From positions 110,277-174,276 of the forward strand of contig NMRA01000169.1 in NCBI GenBank assembly GCA_002633005.1: 64,000 bases of DNA, written 5' to 3'. The position numbers and the translations under genes were made by a program. The notes beneath the pieces are model-generated. The model saw nothing but the letters and a program-made list of their open reading frames with translations. It did not search any database and was not told the origin of the DNA. Origin of the DNA: Phoronis australis. Taxonomy: Eukaryota; Animalia; Phoronida. Position 1 is the stretch's first letter, and each line of letters begins with the position of its first letter. Positions 61,085 to 64,000 of the stretch are shown in pieces.

Positions 61085-63091
61085 TTATTTGTGAGGCATT
61101 ACTCGAACGCTGGCAACCATATACACCCTTCCGTCTCGATATCGGAGCCTCTTGTTCCGGGGTCTGAAAATTTTCGTCATGAACCAAGATATTCTTCTTT
61201 CGATCGTTAGCCCAGCCGAAAGTCTGTGAAGTTCTGTCACTACATCACGATAGTCGGCGATTTGTGTGACGCTACTGGACATGACAGCGATTAGAAAATT
61301 CAAAAGCAAGATGGCGACTACGCCAACATAAACCACGTGTAGAAGACTTGCAATTGCGCCTTCTGGTGTAGACAATTCAATTCCGTTTCCAATGACTTGT
61401 ATCATATTCAACATCATTGCGAAGGTTGAATAAAGGCTTGAGTCGACATTGTTAAAATTTGAATCCAGACACTGACTGCCAAACAAGGCAAAAAATGTCA
61501 TAAAGAAAGAAATGAATATGAGACCGTAGATGACGAGGAAGTCTGCTATATTTGACATCATTTCTTGGAAAACTATGACGAAATATCCAATTCTAGGCAT
61601 GAGCCTCAGGAAGTATAGCAGCGACCAGATGTTGGTTGTACATCCAAGAGCAATACAGAGGTAAATAATGAAAGTCTGGTGAGGTAAGCGGTCTGTACGC
61701 GATGGCGGTCGAAGCATCTCCAAAACAATGGCAGAGCATACGGTATGGATGACGTCACAAACATAGAAAAAAGAAAGTCTGATTACTTTGAGTTGTTTTG
61801 CTTCGCTGCTTAAAATTGGTTCTGTCAACTTCCGGTCTCTGACAAAAACAACCAAGTCTGCCACATGCGATGCTATTGTTAAAATTAAACGCAAATACAA
61901 AAACGAAGAGACAACCTTAATGGAAGTGTCTTTGTTTGTTCTAAAGATGGGTTTTTCGAAGCAAAAAGATTCGAAAGTGGAAATATTTGTGCTATTATCA
62001 AATAGCAGTTGCCGACGTTTGCTGATATTGTCGTAGAAAAGTTTCAAAAGCATATCTTGAAAGAACAACGTGAACACGACGCTATGTGTCAGGCGGTAAA
62101 TACACCAAAACAGCAAGGGAAAGAAATAATATCGTTGCAATATGTTAGCAAACCTCATCAAGGGAGATCTTAAAAAATTTTGGGTGTCTGTTTTTGAAAT
62201 TTGTTCGAATGTTACATTCATTACAAGAGCCAATGGTGATCTGTTTAACCGTTGTCCCTCATGTGTGTAATCGGTGATATCGAACCATGCTATCTCATGC
62301 GTTCCCATGTTAGTGCGCGTAAATTTGTATACACCCTCAGTGTTCAATATTCGCCTTGAAATTGGAAAAGCAGATATCCGCATTGCGAGCTCAAATGGTC
62401 GGTAGCCATTTATATCTTCCGCCATCAACAAATTCTGTATTTTTTCGTAGCCGCCATCTTGTTTTCTCAAGTATTCCACGATGACGTCATACACTTCACC
62501 AACTTCCGGATATTCGGTACTCGATACTACCAAACAGTGCACCACATTCCAACCCATGAAACTGGATTTCAAAACGTCTGCCCCGCTCTCCAATAATTTA
62601 ATAGTCAGCTCATCGTGGCCGCAGATTGCTGCCAGTTGAAATGTGTACAGGCCAGCAATTCCCAAAAAGGTTTCATTTTGTTTTTGCTGAAATTTCGCAA
62701 ATCTCTGAAGCTGACCTTTATAAATCCAACCATTCATGGATTCGTACATGTCCTCGACATCTTTGAAGTAAAAGTGACCGCGAATCAGTTTTTCTCTTTC
62801 TTCAGGTAGAGCCTGTTCGAGAGTTTTCTCGGCATTTTCCACGTTCCCTTGCGCAAGCGCTGCTGCCCAATAACCGTATTTCTCAAAAGAGAGACATTTA
62901 TTTCCGTTCAATTGTTCATTGATCACCGAATCATGCGCATTCCCCGTTGGCAATGTCATAGATGTTTCCCTTCCTGCACCGTAGTTCCGTAAGTCAGGAC
63001 TCGATTTCGCACTTTCTCTTACATTTAGTGAGAAACACTCCACACAATTCTGTTCTTCTTCTTCAACTGGCGAAAATGAGCTGACATTCAT
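61085..63091 (-). CDS. TRPV-like cation channel, 668 aa from first ATG, single coding exon; paralogue B2
   Basis: LSFEKYGYWAAALAQGN, TFQLAAICGHDELTIKLLESGADV, NGYRPFELAMR, IGYFVIVFQEMM, SLYSTFAMMLNMIQ, AILLLNFLIAVMS, TIERRI; track start 63118 is TTG, first ATG at 63091. Confidence 0.92.
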   Translation of the reverse strand: MNVSSFSPVEEEEQNCVECFSLNVRESAKSSPDLRNYGAGRETSMTLPTGNAHDSVINEQLNGNKCLSFEKYGYWAAALAQGNVENAEKTLEQALPEEREKLIRGHFYFKDVEDMYESMNGWIYKGQLQRFAKFQQKQNETFLGIAGLYTFQLAAICGHDELTIKLLESGADVLKSSFMGWNVVHCLVVSSTEYPEVGEVYDVIVEYLRKQDGGYEKIQNLLMAEDINGYRPFELAMRISAFPISRRILNTEGVYKFTRTNMGTHEIAWFDITDYTHEGQRLNRSPLALVMNVTFEQISKTDTQNFLRSPLMRFANILQRYYFFPLLFWCIYRLTHSVVFTLFFQDMLLKLFYDNISKRRQLLFDNSTNISTFESFCFEKPIFRTNKDTSIKVVSSFLYLRLILTIASHVADLVVFVRDRKLTEPILSSEAKQLKVIRLSFFYVCDVIHTVCSAIVLEMLRPPSRTDRLPHQTFIIYLCIALGCTTNIWSLLYFLRLMPRIGYFVIVFQEMMSNIADFLVIYGLIFISFFMTFFALFGSQCLDSNFNNVDSSLYSTFAMMLNMIQVIGNGIELSTPEGAIASLLHVVYVGVVAILLLNFLIAVMSSSVTQIADYRDVVTELHRLSAGLTIERRISWFMTKIFRPRNKRLRYRDGRVYMVASVRVMPHK

Positions 63092-64000
63092 GGTAACGAT
63101 CTGTTTTGTGAGAGGCAAGCCAAGAACTGTAGATTTTGCAATTGTGAGAAGAGCGACGTTTCTCAGGCGAAACTTTCAGCGGTTGTGATACAAAATATCA
63201 CTATCGCCGTGAATCTCGAGAAAAATGTCAATGCATTAATTATTCAAGCTGCTCAATGCGTTTTAGGTGTTAACTAATGGAAAAACAAATAGATGCACCA
63301 TTAGGGATTTAATGCAAAAAGTATGAGCGATTGACAAACACTGCTTTTATCGAAGCATGGTTCGAGTTTTATGCCACTAGAATATGACGCTTGTACTCAG
63401 TGTTCTCAGGGGATTTTCGTAAAAAGACCAAGCTCGTTCGATACCATGGTGGTAAATTTTCGTGTGACGTTATATTGTACATTACCACACGCACAAATCA
63501 TATGTTTGTGTAGCGACTTTACCGCCAAATCCTACCCTTGTCTTTTCTAACAGAGATTTAAGGTATTAGAAATTGTTTTTTTGATCGTTAATTTAGGGCA
63601 ACTAATATATCGAAGATTTAATTTCTTACCTTCACTGTGGCTGCTCGCCACTGACTTTATAACACTATGTACGTGAACGATATACTGGCTAAAAATTATC
63701 TTTTGCAAAAAAAATAAGAAAAACTTGATCGCTATTGAGTGACTGATACTCAGAAAATCTCTGGTATCTAGGAAACACATTTCTAAAGCATTCTATCATT
63801 CTTACCTTAAATACTCAAACAATATTAAACATTTTCTCTATGTTACGGTTTCACAGTTCCGACACTAAGTGAAGTTTATCTTGCAAGACCACATAAGTCT
63901 TCGAGAACAATTGCAATGGATTACAAAGCATGGGATGTCATTGGCTAATTTGGTTTCTACAATACTTTTAAGCATCACTCTGAACCGTAAACACATTAAC

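Overview
Eukaryotic (invertebrate-like, AT-rich, repeat-rich) genomic DNA, not prokaryotic. The main content is a tandem cluster of highly divergent TRPV-like (ankyrin + 6TM + pore) ion-channel genes whose coding regions are each a single exon: two closely related paralogues on + (18284-20332, 30001-32073), two on - (51093-52943, 61085-63091) and a truncated, frameshifted fifth copy on - (about 46185-46857). All four intact proteins align by eye to the TRPV5/6 S4-pore-S6-TRP region but lack the filter Asp and the TRP-box Trp, carry a shortened ankyrin domain preceded by a family-specific conserved N-terminal segment, and share a pair of extracellular cysteines. The picture is a birth-and-death expanded, possibly sensory, channel family. 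The intergenic DNA holds decayed Academ-type (XPG nuclease) transposons, THAP-bearing and Harbinger-type non-autonomous elements, MITEs (one supplies the stop codon of the first channel gene), LINE 3' fragments, a SINE-like tRNA head, mini/microsatellites and an assembly gap. All homology calls are by eye; no searches were run.
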